A stretch of 64,000 nucleotides of DNA from Raja brachyura (Eukaryota), in contig OY740787.1 in the NCBI GenBank assembly GCA_963514005.1, positions 38,254,001-38,318,000 of the forward strand, read 5' to 3'. A model generated the notes under the pieces. It was not told where the DNA came from. It made no database searches and saw only the letters and a program-made list of their open reading frames with translations. Made by a program: the position numbers and the translations under genes. The number at the start of each line of letters is the position of its first letter. Position 1 is the stretch's first letter. Below are positions 48,475 through 61,029 of this stretch, piece after piece.

Positions 48475-49417
48475 TAATCCAGGGTCAATTCTTCACTTGT
48501 GGATGAGTGTCCCAGGTATCTAACATGTTAATAGACATGTTCTTGCATTCCTGTGAGAGTTAGCTCCAGTTGAGATATTTTGCACTCGACATTCAACCAG
48601 CAGAAATAATTTGTCTCCCTCCGCACTGTCATTTCAGCTAACAGCTTCAAATCTTTGATATAATCGTCCATTAACCATTTAACCTTAAGGGAATATGCCC
48701 TGCTTTGTGTAATCTTTCCTTGTGATTTAATTCTTAGATATTGAGTGTTATATTGGCCCATAGATCCCTTCTGAAGGGTTGGTCCCCAGAACTGTTCACA
48801 CGATGCTCTGTGCAATCTCACTGGGCCTTGTATAACTTTAACCACTTCTGCTTTCTGTCCTTTACCATAGGTTTCTCAGTTTCTTTGAACATCCACTCTG
48901 TACACTCTTCTATCATTTTTAGGTCCGAAATGGATAATAAATTTGTATCAAATGCAATTCACTCCATACTTCTTTACCTATCTGTTTAATCTGTTAACAG
49001 CATTCTAATTCCTTTGTTTACACTGTTTGGGACACCACATATTTTTGTGTTATCGGAGAACATGGATATATGGCCTTTTTAATCACATCATCTACTCATT
49101 TACATGAAAAAAAACAATTGACGGCTCCACACAAGTCCTTGTGGAAAACCACTAGAGACATTGCCAAATTGAAAGTACACCCATTATTACTGCTCTGTTT
49201 CCTGCTGATCAACTAATTCTCCAATCAGGCTGACAATCTGCCTCATTTGCATGTGTTTCAACTTCAGCTGATAATCTATGATGTAATTTATCAAATGCTG
49301 TCTGGAAATCTATTTAAGTTAGACATAGACATTCTATGTCAAAAAAAGACACCAAGTGCTGTAGGAGACAGCACTGTCTGGAGGACAACGATGGGTGACT
49401 TCAAAAGGGTCCCAACG

Positions 49418-49552
49418 CTGATGAAGGGTCCCGACCAAAAACATTATCTATGCTTGTTCTCCAGAGATGCTGTCTGACCTGCAGAGTTACTCTAGCAGTT
49501 TGTGCTTTTTTCTGTAATTTTTTTGTAAATCAGCACCTGCAATTTCTTGTGA
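49418..49552 (+). mobile_element. Penelope terminal arm with decayed hammerhead-like core
   Basis: ctgatgaagggtcccgaccaaaaac...ctccagagatgctgtctgacctgcagagttactctagca. Confidence 0.65.
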
Positions 49553-50195
49553 CAACATTCTGTTGTCTATTATTTTGCTTTATTTCATTCATCAAAAAAA
49601 TCAATTGCATTTGCCGTGTAAGGGGCAGAATTAGACCATTTTGCCCATTGAGTCTGCTCTGCCATATGATCATTTTTCCCTCTCAACCCATTTCTCAATT
49701 CATTCTATCTCAATCTGATCAGAGAAAGGTGTTCTTGATGTCAAGCCAGTCTCTAGTAATTTCCTGACTGAAGATATTAGATCCATAATTCATTGGTTTG
49801 TCTCCTTAAACTTTTTGAAAGATCAGAATAGCACATGTAATTTATGAAAGGGCAGCTACAAAGGAAGTTTGGAAAGTAATAACCTATATTCTGAGAGCTG
49901 GTCTAAAGTTATTTTAGATAATGCAATGATTGCATCTTTCCACAAAAATAATATACATCTATTTGGAATCCAATCTAGTTCACTTGAAAATGAAAAGGGT
50001 TTGGACTAGAAACATAATTAGTTGGCCCTCATCTCTGTAAGCAGACCATAGTGTGCTACCAGCTCTCATCATGGCTCAATCTTCCAAACATGTGCACACA
50101 AAACAATTGACTGCCCACCCTGTTACTGCACTGACTGTCCACTCTGTCACCACATGGATCATTAAACGTGACAATCCACTCTGTCACTGCACTGA

Positions 50196-50435
50196 CATAG
50201 AAACATTAGAAACAGAAAATAGGTGCAGGAGTAGGCCATTCAGCCCTTCAAGCCAGCACCACCATTTAATATGATCAAGGCTGATCATCTAAAATCAGTA
50301 CCCCGCTCCTGATATCCCTTGATTTCCCCATATTCCTTGATTCCTTTAGCCCTAAGAGCTAAATCTCTCTCTTGAAAACATCCAATGAATTGGCCTCCAC
50401 TGCCTTATGTGACAGAGAATTCCACAGATTCACAA
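50196..50435 (-). mobile_element. CR1 3' tail fragment
   Basis: catagaaacattagaaac...aggtgcaggagtaggccattcagccc...cagagaattccacagattcacaac. Confidence 0.82.
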
Positions 50436-50448
50436 CACAACAAGCTAA

Positions 50449-52025
50449 CCCCAATAATCACCAGACGAAAAACACCAGGAACAACTACAAAATCAGATCT
50501 GATAAATATCAGCTGCTCCCAAGCACTCAATTGCAGTGGTGCTTAAGTCAACAGAGAGAGTGGACTCCAAAATTGTAATGATCTCTCCAAACAGAGACTA
50601 GATTATCTGCACAGGAGGAACCAGGGATACAGCTTTTCTTTTAAGAGAAAGTTGCTGCCATTGGTTTGGTGGAAGGTCAGGGGCAGAGAAGTAATTAAGA
50701 GGCAAGAGTCAATGTAAGGAATGGCAAGTAACACAATGATGGTCTCCAGCAGAAACACTCTCTTCACATTGTTCATTTTGACAATCAAGTAAAGAAACCT
50801 GGCAGGGTTTATAGCCTCTTGATATTCTTTTCATCTAGTTCCATTTATGAGAAAAAATAAGATTAATGTCTGTATGCCAGATGGCTAAAATGTCTTGTCT
50901 AATGCACAGAGGAGTTGGTGAAAGCGCTCTGGATAAAACCAGCCTGATTACCCAGTCCTCGTACATAAGAAGCTATATTCTAAAATCCCTCTACCTTACG
51001 TCAGTCAATTTAGTCACTGTGTACGGAGCCTGATTTCACATTCTGCACAGACCATGCCTGCAATTTTCATCAGACCTAAAAAATGTCCATGTGCACAGGG
51101 GCACACATGATCCAGAAATGCATTAATTATTACATGGAGTCACTTCACAGCAGGTAGAGGGCAATGTTATTGTGAATCTTGTTGTGAAAGCAAGGCTTAA
51201 TAAATTAACAAACCATTTATAAATAATAAATTTATAATATGAGATATTATTTGCCATTAAAGTGTAAAACCTGCAGCTGGAATTCTTTAGAAACCTCTGT
51301 GGGGAACTGATAGCACCACTTTCTCCAGAGTTAAAGCCAACCCTAATGGAAAAAACGATCATAGGAATGAGTTAACACTTTGTAGTTATGTGGTACATTT
51401 GAAGGAGCATATTCCCCCAAAGTGTGTTATTGAAACAATACAAAAAGTGTGACCAGAGGGATAGTTTTTAAATGGAGAAATGTAATGTTTAGAAGCAGAG
51501 AGAGAGATAACGAGGAAATTCTAGAACTCGGGTATGCAGTTGAAGGCATGATGGAGAAGTATTCCATGAAATATATTTAAAATAAATCTGATGGAGTTTA
51601 AATGGAAGCACCAAAGAATATTTGTAAGAACCTATCTCAGTATGCAATCAAGGAGATTATGGTATTATTATGGTATGATATTATGGTTTGATATGACATT
51701 ATTATGGTAATATTCTGATAAAATTTGGTGAACAATTGACTTTGCCTCTTAATTGCTTATCCACTGGTCATTGCCTCTCACCTTCCACCAAAGCAATAGC
51801 AGCAACTTTCTCTGAGGAAAAGCTGTATCGCTGGTCCCTCCTGTGCAGATAATCTAGTCTCTGTTCAGAGAGATTACTGACATTTCAGAGTCCACTCTCT
51901 CTGTTGACTTAAGCACCACTGCAACTGAAGTTTGAGGGCTTGGGAGCAGCTGATGTTTATCACTTCTGATAATTACTTTTGCAGAATTGTTCCTGATGTG
52001 GGTCCTCTCTGGTGATTGCTGGGGA
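50449..52025. repeat. Long inverted repeat: arms ~50449-50712 and ~51733-52025, ~1.0-kb spacer
   Basis: ttgcagtggtgcttaagtcaacagagagagtggactc pairs with gagtccactctctctgttgacttaagcaccactgcaa; aacagagactagattatctgcacagga pairs with tcctgtgcagataatctagtctctgtt. Confidence 0.9.
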
Positions 52026-52426
52026 GGAAGTAACTAATGTGGATGTGCATAAGAGTCTGTGGGACTTGGTTGAATGTGCTCCTGGAAGGCATGAGGCAAC
52101 TCTTGACATCCACAGAGTTTAGTTTAGAGATACAGCATGGAAACAAGGCCTTTGGCCTACCAAGCTCGCAATTATAATGGTAATATGATAAAATTTGGGA
52201 AACAGCAAATACATGCTGCAGATGTGTTAAAATGACCCTTGTGAATTGGTTAAAGTGCGGACTAAAAATTAAAATGGTTGATAGAAAAACCACATACTTT
52301 GTTTCAGTAAGAAAAAAAGGCAATGATTTCAATACAGTAGAGCAGGGTACATGCAATAGCGTTATCCCACCCAGTAATGACCTTTAATTATTATCAATAA
52401 TAAGGCACTGAGCAGCAAATGATGTA

Positions 52427-52541
52427 TGTGTAGGAAGGAACTGCAGATGCTGGTTATACACTGAAGATAGACACAAAATGCAGGAGTAACTCAGGGGGAC
52501 AGTCCTGCTGAATTACTCCAGCAGTTTGTGTCTATCTTCAG
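52427..52541. mobile_element. Short Penelope-derived fold-back element
   Basis: ctgaagatagacacaaaatgcaggagtaactcag / ctgaattactccagcagtttgtgtctatcttcag arms; hammerhead core absent. Confidence 0.75.
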
Positions 52542-52932
52542 CAAATCAAGTATGGGTATTTATCATCAAATTAACAGCCACGGGAGAAGTCTCAGAAACC
52601 CAAAACTAAGGTAGACCGTGGAGAAGGTACAAATGCAGACCAGACCCACACATGCATACACACACATTTACCCTCCCACACATATGCAAATATTATATTA
52701 TGCACATCTAAAGATACTTTTGTTTTTGTTTCTTGCTGAAAGATAATTAAAGCCATTGATGTCAGATCCTGGTGTTTTGAAGTTAATGAGCTAGGAAGAT
52801 GAAAGCAACATGAAAAGAAGTTGAGAGCTTTAGACGGGTAATGACTCATCTTCCTATATTTTAAGTATCAAGGTACATCAGTCTGTGTACAATGGTAGGG
52901 GAGCTTTAATGAACTGCAGATCTGAACTCTTT

Positions 52933-55555
52933 ACCTCGGCTCGGCTCTTTACCTCGGAATCCTCCAAGATCATCTTCTGATCCAGGGTTCGCCATGTGGA
53001 GCAGGATGAGACGTGCTCACGTTTCTTCTTCCATAAGGTTCACAGGGGGAGCTCTGTGATGAACAGCCTTAGGGAGGAGGACGGCTCGGTAGCATTCTCA
53101 CAGACAGACATGCTGAGGATCTGCAAATCCTTTTACACAGATTTATATGACCAAAAGGCCACAGACAGTACCTCCTCCCAGAACTTCCTGTCCTTGATCA
53201 CGGAGGTCTTGGAGGACAGCAAGCGGGAGAGTCTGGACCAACCACTGACCCTAGAGGAGCTGACTGGCTCCATCCGTTCCTTTGACTCGAGTAAAACTCC
53301 CGGAAGCGATGGCTTACCGGCCGAGTTGTATTCGGCTCTGTGGGACTTGATGGGCCCGGACCTGCTAGAAGTGTACAACGACATGCTTCTAGCTGGTAGC
53401 ATGTCAGACTCCATGAGGAAGGGCAACATCACCCTAATCTACAAGCAGAAGGGGGAGATGAAGGACATAAAGAATTGGAGACCCATAACACTCCTGAATG
53501 TAGACTACAAGATCCTGTCTAAGGCCATCGCCAACCGGGTCAAGTCTGCTCTGGGACAGGTGATCCACCCGGACCAAACTTGTGCTGTACCTGGCAGGAA
53601 AATCTCAGACAGCCTAGCGCTGCTGAGAGATACCATCGCCTACGTGCAGGACAGACGGGTGGATGCCTGCCTAGTCAGCTTGGACCAGGAGAAGGCCTTC
53701 GACAGGATATCGCACACATACATGAGGGACGTGCTCTCTGAAATGGGTTTTGGGGAGGGAATCCGGAATTGGATCAAACTGCTCTACACCGACATCCGTA
53801 GTGCAGTCCAAATCAATGTGTGGAACTCAGACAGCTTCTCTGTAAGGTTTGGAGTCAGGCAGGGTTGCCTTCTCTCTCCTGTCTTGTTTGTCTGCTGTAT
53901 TAAACCCTTTGCCGAATCCATCAGGAAGGATGCGAGCATAGGAGGAGTGACACTGCCTGGCAATGGGGGCATTCAGGTAAAAACCTCCCTGTACATGGAC
54001 GATGTCGCCGTCATCTGCTCGGATCCAGGGTCGGTCCGCAGACTGATTAGGATCTGCGACCAGTTTGAGTCGGCCACGGGAGCCAGGGTGAACCACAGGA
54101 AGAGCGAGGCCATGCTCTATGGCAACTGGCCCGACAGATCTTCCGTCCCCTTCACCATCAAGCCTGACTTCTTGAAGGTGCTGAGGATCTGGTTCGGGGG
54201 GGCTGAGGCATGTAACTTGAATTGGCTGGAGCGGATAGCCAGGGTGGGGAGGAAGCTGGAGCTGTGGAGGCAACGCTCCCTCTCCATAACGGGAAAGAAT
54301 TTGGTCATCAGGTGTGAGGTGCTCTCGGGTCTGCTGTACTTGGCACAAGTGTGGCCTGTCCCTCCCTCCTACGCCACAGGGATCACCCGGGCCATTTTCC
54401 AGTTCATCTGGGGGTCGAGGATGGACCGGGTGCGACGGGCCACAATGTACAAGTCAGCGGACAACGGGGGTAAAAGCGTGCCCAACGTCGCTCTCATCCT
54501 GATGGCCACCTTTGTGTGTGGCTGCATCAGGCGGACTGTAGAGCCAAGGCACGTGAGCACCAAGTGTCACTACCTGCTGAGGTTCTACCTGTCCCCGGTG
54601 TTGCGAAGGATGGGCCTGGCGCAGATGCCACGCAAGGTGCCAGTCAGCTGGACACTGCCACCCCATCTGTCGTCTGTGGAAAGGTTCTTCCGGACCAACA
54701 CCTTTGACCACATGTCCATTGGGCGGTGGTCAGCACAGAATGTCCTGCAGGCACTGCAGGGAAAGGACTCGATGGTGGCGTGGTTCCCTGAGCAGACTGC
54801 CCAGCTTGTCTGGCAAAATGCCTCATCGCCAGAACTCACCAACAAGCACCAAGACCTGGCTTGGCTGGCGGTGAGGGGAGCCCTCCCAGTCAGATCCTTC
54901 CTGCACCGTCGGAACCTCACTGCCAGCACACGCTGCCCTCGGGACGGCTGCTATGGAGAGGAGACGGTTGCCCACCTCTTTGCAGTGTGGATTTGCTCAA
55001 AGAGTCTGGAGAAAAATGCAAGGGTCCCTGGTGCGCTTTATTCGAAACAGCTCCGTCACAGAGGACTCTGTGATTTACGGACTGTTCCCAGGGACACATT
55101 CAGAGACTGACATCGAGTGCTGCTGGAGGGTCATCAACTCGGTGAAAGACGCTCTTTGGTCTGCCCGAGCGTTGTTCACCACCCAGCAGAGCGAGATGTC
55201 CGTCGGGGAATGTTGCCGACTGGCCCACTACAGACTGCAGGAGTACGTGCTGAGGGACCCACTGAAGCTCGGTGCAGCCAACGCCAAGGCTCGGTGGGGG
55301 AGGGCCACAGCCTAAAGTCCTTCCGCTGCTGGACACGGGGGGCACGGTATGGTGGAGACACCCCTCAAAATAAGGGAAGGTATCACATACCAGGGGGCGC
55401 GGGTGGGGGATAGATTCGTGAAATTTGAGCAATGTATATAGATTGTACGGAACAATTTGTATAGCCTCCGAAAATGTCGGATGAATTTTTAGCACGGTTC
55501 ATGCATTGTATATATTTATTATTTGAATAAAGTCTATTTCGAAATTTAAAAAAAA
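52933..55555 (+). mobile_element. 5'-truncated Tx1-clade LINE with poly(A) tail and TSD
   Basis: TSD TCTGAACTCTTT at 52921-52932 and 55556-55567; AATAAA at ~55526 followed by an A-tract. Confidence 0.92.
52996..55315 (+). pseudogene. Tx1 ORF2 RT plus C-terminal zinc-knuckle region (truncated, frameshift near 54985)
   Basis: KTPGSDGLPAE, NWRPITLLNVDYKILSK, LDQEKAFDR, GVRQGC, YMDD, CPRDGC...ETVAHL; continues in ORF 54953-55315. Confidence 0.92.
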
Positions 55556-55849
55556 TCTGAACTCTTTGAACACTCCTCAGCTTGAAAACAAATTGATAAG
55601 ACAGTATTTGCAGAGGTTCGAGAGGTACATTTGGACAATGGAGAGAGGGGATCACACATTCCAAGATCCCAGAGATACATGTGGACAATGGGGAGAGAGA
55701 ACATGGGGTAAAGCTTGGTGAAGCAGAAAACAGAAATATCAATGGTCAGTAATCAAACATCTTGCCATTCTTTACCTCCACTGCCAGTTGTCCAGTGCTC
55801 CTGGACATCGACTCATTTGAGTTTACACTCTGGACCAACTGTTCACTGA

Positions 55850-56620
55850 GTCACAGATAATAGTCCTACATACCAGAAACAAGGTCTTCGGCCCACCACA
55901 TCCATGCCAACCCCTCTGTCCATCTACACCAATCCCATTTGTCTGCCTAAGACTGCAACCTTTTTACCTTGCCCTATTTTAGCATCTGTCTAATATATCT
56001 CTTAAATGCAGTAATTGTATTTGATTCCACCATTCCTCTGGCAGCACGTACCAGATGTCAACCATATTGGTAAAACAGATCCTTCCAGTCCCCTTTAAGA
56101 ATCCTTTCTCTCAACTTAAACTGACACCTTTTGTTTATCATTCCACTGTCAAGGGAAAAGATTTTGGTTACCTTCTGATGTATGCCTTTCATCATTTTTT
56201 GTACCTCTGTCAGGTCACCCGTCACTCACCTTTGCTCCAGGAAAAACAAATATAGCGTATCCAACCTTGGGGAGTCCAGAACCAGGGGCCACAGTTTAAG
56301 AATAAGGAGTAAGCCATTTAAACAGAGACGAGGAAACACTTTTTCTCACAGAGTGGCGAATCTGTGGAATTCTCTGCCTCGGAGGGCAGTGGAGGCAGGT
56401 TCTCTGGATGCTTTCAAGAGAGAGCTAGATAGGGTTCTTAAAAATAGCGGTGTCGGGGGATATGGGGAGAAGGCAGGAACGGGGTACTGATTGGGGATGA
56501 TCAGCCATGATCACATTGAATGATGGTGCTGGTTCGAAGGACCGAATGGCCTACTCCTGCGTCTATTGCCTATTGTCTCCCCATAACTAAAGACCTCCAA
56601 TCCAAGTGAATCTCCTTCCC
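55850..56620. mobile_element. Old minus-strand CR1 fragment with a younger plus-strand CR1 tail inserted (~56266-56578)
   Basis: The inner piece encodes LGESRTRGHSLRI...GYGEKAGTGY* plus tail. Confidence 0.75.
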
Positions 56621-57510
56621 TGTCCATTAATTTCAGGTGTTCTGAACTGCTTCCCATTAGTTGATCCCAGATTTAAAAGGGCAGTCTAATCCCACTACCC
56701 CACTTTACTCTGTCCATCACTATTGCATCCCTGCTTTTTTGCTTTTTGACTTTTCTTTTGCTTTTATTTGTTGGATGTGAATGTTGTCAAGATCAGCATT
56801 TATTGCCCATACTAATTATGGGATTACTGGTGGAGGTGAGTCACCTTCTTGAATTACTCCAGTTCTTCTGCACCCACAGTACTGTTGGGGAGGGGATTCC
56901 AGAATTTAGACCCACCAACAATAAAGAAAATGTGACTTGGGGAAGAGCCTGCAGGTGGCAGTGTTTCCGGCATAGAGTCGAAGAGTCATGCAGCACAGAA
57001 ACAGGCCCTTTGGCCATGCCACCCAATTTGACCATGCCGATCAAGATGCTCCATCTAAACTAGTCCCATTTGCATGCATTTGGCCTATGTCCCTCTAAAC
57101 ATTTCCTATCCATGTACCTGTCTTTTAAATCCTGTTACAATTATAATACCAGCCTCAACTACTTCACCTGGCAACCTGTTCCATATACCCACCACTCTCT
57201 GAGTGAAAAGGTTGCCACTGAGGTTCCTATTAAATAGCGCCCCTTTCATCTTAAACCTGTGGCCTCTGGTACTTGATTCCCTACATTGGATAAAATACTG
57301 TGTGGATTCACCCTATCTATTCCACCCAAGATTTTATATACCTCTATAAAATCCCCCCTTCAGCCTTCTATACTCCAAGGAATAGTCCTAGTTTGCCCAA
57401 CTATTTCCTATAGCTCAGGCCCTCGGGTCCTGGCACTATCTTCATAAATCTTCTCTGCATTTTTTCTAGCTTAATGGCAGGATGACCAAAACTGGACACA
57501 ATACTCCAAT

Positions 57511-57717
57511 GTTATAAAGAAGGAACTGCAGATGCTGGAGAATCGAGGGTTACACAAAAAGCTGGAGAAACTCAGCGGGTGCAGCAGCATCTAAGGAGCG
57601 AAGGAGATAGGCGACGTTTCGGGTCGAGACCCTTCTTCAGACCCGAAACGTCGCCTATCTCCTTCGCTCCTTAGATGCTGCTGCACCCGCTGAGTTTCTC
57701 CAGCTTTTTGTGTAACC
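57511..57717. mobile_element. Young Penelope-derived fold-back element with TSD
   Basis: Perfect ~79-bp inverted arms (57547-57625, 57640-57718); TSD (C)ACAATACTCCAAT at 57497-57510 and 57718-57731. Confidence 0.92.
57613..57640 (-). ncRNA. Minimal type-I hammerhead ribozyme motif (Penelope-type)
   Basis: Minus strand CUGAAGA-A-GGGUC-UC-GACCC-GAAA-CG-UC: catalytic boxes, 5-bp helix II and palindromic ACGU in place of helix III. Activity untested. Confidence 0.65.
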
Positions 57718-58564
57718 CACAATACTCCAATTGTGGCCTTGCCATAGCAAACCAGGTAAGGAGCCTGTAATGAAGGACAACTCAGTGGTATAAGGCAGAA
57801 GGATTAGTGTCACTTCTGTATAAAGAGTCGTCACTATTCAGCGGCAAGCTCCAAGCTTTGGATGCCCTTTAAATGTCAGAGCTTAGAAGAGAAATACGTT
57901 TGCACAACTTTGCATTGTACTTTCCAGAACAAGCAGGCTCCAATTGGTTTTAATTGACTTTGAATTTCAAGCCAGGAACAGCAGTCTGAAACATTAATTT
58001 GAGTTGTTACTGGAACAGAAGCGCTGCTTCCATTAATGATGATAACAAACATGAAAGTGGAGCCAAGAGGAAACAAATAGGAGCTGTGTTGTCACGGGAG
58101 AAATAGTTTCATAACAGTGACCTGGATTACCCCTGACTATTGTCAGACACTCACCATTTTACAAAATACAGTAGGGATTGATCCCAATGTATCAGATTGC
58201 AGACTAACAGCAAAATGATTTATTAGAAGTCAAACCTCTGTTGCCCTGCCCTATGCTGCTGACTCTGGACTGGAAATGTTTCCATTTTAAAATCTTTTCT
58301 CTCATTCACAAATGCATTGCTCTCCTAATCTGTGAAATATCAGATCAGGAGAGCAATGATATGTGAGAGCAATGGGAGCTCTGCTACTTTCCAGGTAGCT
58401 TCCTGTACATCCTGATTTGGACTCAAGACTTTATTTTAGAAATGCAACGTGGAAAAGGCCCTTCGGCCCACCGACTCCACGCTGACCAGCGATCACCCCG
58501 TACACTGGCACTACCCTACACGCTAGGGACAATTACAGACAAACCTGTACGTCTTTGGAGTGTG

Positions 58565-60777
58565 ATCCTTGTGATTGAGGCAGTGCAGCGTAGGTTCACA
58601 AGATTGATCTCTGGGATGGCGGGACTGTCGTATGAGGAAAGATTGAAAAGACTAGGCTTGTATTCACTGGAGTTTAGAAGGGTGAGGGGGGATCTTATAG
58701 AAACACATAAAATTATAAAAGGACTGCACAGGCTAGATGCAGGAAAAATGTTCCCAATGTTGGGCGAGTCCAGAACCAGGGGCCACAGTCTTAGAATAAA
58801 GGGGAGGTCATTTAAGACTGAGGTGAGAAAAACATTTTCACCCAGAGAGTTGTGAATTTGTGGAATTCCCTGCCACAGAGGGCAGTGGAGGCCAAGTCAC
58901 TGGATGGATTTAAGAGAGAGTTAGATAGAGCTCTAGGGGCTAGTGGAGTCAATGGATATGGGGAGAAGGCAGGTACGGTTTATAACCATATAATATAATA
59001 TAACCATATAACAATTACAGCACGGAAACAGGCTTCTCGGCCCTTCCAGTCCGTGCCGACCATTTATTTTCCCCTAGTCCCATCTACCTGCACTCAGACC
59101 ATACACCTCCATTCCCTTGCCGTCCATCTACCTATCCACTTCACTTTTAAATGTTAAAATCGATCCTGCCTCCACCACTTCTGCTAGAAGATCATTCCAC
59201 ACAGCCACCACTCTCCGAGTAAAGAAGTTCCCCCTCATGTTACCCCTAAACGTCTGTCCCTTAATTCTCAAGTCATGCCCTCTTGTTTGAATCTTCCCTA
59301 CCCTCAATGGGAAAAGCTTATCCACGTCAACTCTGTCTATCCCTTTCATCATTTTAAAGATCTCAATCAAGTCCCCCCTTAACCTTCTGCGCTCCAAAGA
59401 ATAAAGACCTAACTTGTGCAACCTTTCTCTGTAACTTAGTTGCTGGAACCCAGGCAACATTCTAGTAAATCTCCTCTGTACTCTCTCTATTTTGTTGACA
59501 TCCTTCCTATAATTAGGCAACCAAAATTGTACACCATACTCCAGAATTGGTCTCACCAATGCCTTGTACAATTTTAACATTACTTCCCTACTCCTATATT
59601 CAATGCTCTGATTTATAAAGGCCAGCACACCAAAAGCTTTCTTTACCACCCTATCTACATGCGATTCCACCTTCAGGGAACTATGCACAGTTATTCCTAG
59701 ATCCCTCTGTTTCACAGCATTCCTCAATTCCCTACCATTTACCATGTACGTCCTATTTTGATTTGTCCTGCCAAGATGTAGCACCTCACACTTATCAGCA
59801 TTAAACTCCATCTGCCATCTTTCAGCCCACTCTTCCAAATGGCCCAAATCTCTCTGTAGACTTTGAAAATCTACTTCATTATCCACAGCACCACCTATCT
59901 TAGTATCATCTGCATACTTACTTATCCAATTTTCCACCCCATCATCTAAATCATTGATGTACATGACAAACAACAGTGGACCCAACACAGATCCCTGAGG
60001 CACCCCACTGGTCACCGGCTTCCACCCTGACAAACAGCCATCCACCATTACTCTCTGGCATCTCCCATTCAGCCACTGTTGAATCCATCTTGCTACTCCG
60101 CCATTAACACCCAAAGATTGAACCTTCTTAACCAACGTTCCATGTGGAACCTTGTCAAAGGCCTTACTGAAATCCATATAGACAACATCCACTGCTTTAC
60201 CCTCATCAATTTCCTCTTCTAGTAACCTCTTCAAAAAATTCAAGAAGGTTTGTCAAACATGACCTTCCAGGCACAAATCCATGTTGACTGTTCTTGATCA
60301 GGCCCTGTTTATCCAGATGCTTATATATATTATCTCTAAGTATCCTTTCCATTAATTTGTCCACCACTGACGTTAAACTAACTCGTCTATAATTGCTAGG
60401 TTTATTCTTTGAACCCTTTTTAAACAATGGAACAACATGCGCAGCACGCCAATCCTCCGGCACTATTCCCGTTTCTAATGCATTTGAAATATTTCTGTCA
60501 TAGCTCCTGCTATTTCTACACTAACTTCCCTCAATGTCCTAGGGAATATCCTGTCGGGACCTGGAGACTTATCCACTTTTATATTTTTCAAAAGTGTCAG
60601 TACTTCCTCCTCTTTGAATCTCATAGTTGCCATAACTACTCTACTTTTTTCCCTTACCTCACAGAGTTCAATATCTTTCTCCTTGATAGGGGACGATCAG
60701 CCATGATCACAATGAATGGCGGTGCTGGTTCGAAGGGCCGAATGGCCTCCTCCTGCACCTATTTTCTATGTTTCTAT
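58565..60777 (+). mobile_element. 5'-truncated CR1 (outer), split at ~58982/60683
   Basis: ORF2 end IEAVQRRFTRLISGM... to aggtacggttta, resuming ttgataggggacgatcagcc...tttctatg. Confidence 0.85.
58982..60682 (-). mobile_element. 5'-truncated CR1 (inner, different family) with RT region
   Basis: ORFs 60206-60463 and 59128-60243: NYRRVSLTS, QHGF, DFSKAFD, GVPQGSVLGP, YADD; (tatggtta)-like tail. Confidence 0.92.
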
Positions 60778-61029
60778 GAGTGTGGGTGGAAACCGGAACA
60801 CCCCGAGTAAAAGCCACATGGTCATGCGGGGAATGTACAAACTCCATACACACGGCACCCGTGGTCAGGATTGAACCTGGGTCCCTGGCGCTGTAAGGTA
60901 ACAACTCTACCACTGTGCCACTCTGCCTTTATCAGGTTCCCTGATAACCTCCTTGGCTAGGTCCAGTGAAATGCTTTGTTTTGCATACAACCCGATAAAG
61001 TCGTGCAGCAGACGTCAGTGACAAGTCTC

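Larger units (their letters stand above)
56970..57742 (-). mobile_element. CR1 3' fragment, host of the fold-back element
   Basis: aaaactggacacaatactccaat|tgtggcc is the reverse complement of RPxLEYCVQF; tail at ~56975. Confidence 0.8.
58433..60927 (-). mobile_element. HE1-like SINE split in two by nested CR1 insertions
   Basis: 3' half 58433-58564, 5' half 60778-60927; GAGTGTG duplicated at 58558-58564 and 60778-60784. Confidence 0.85.
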
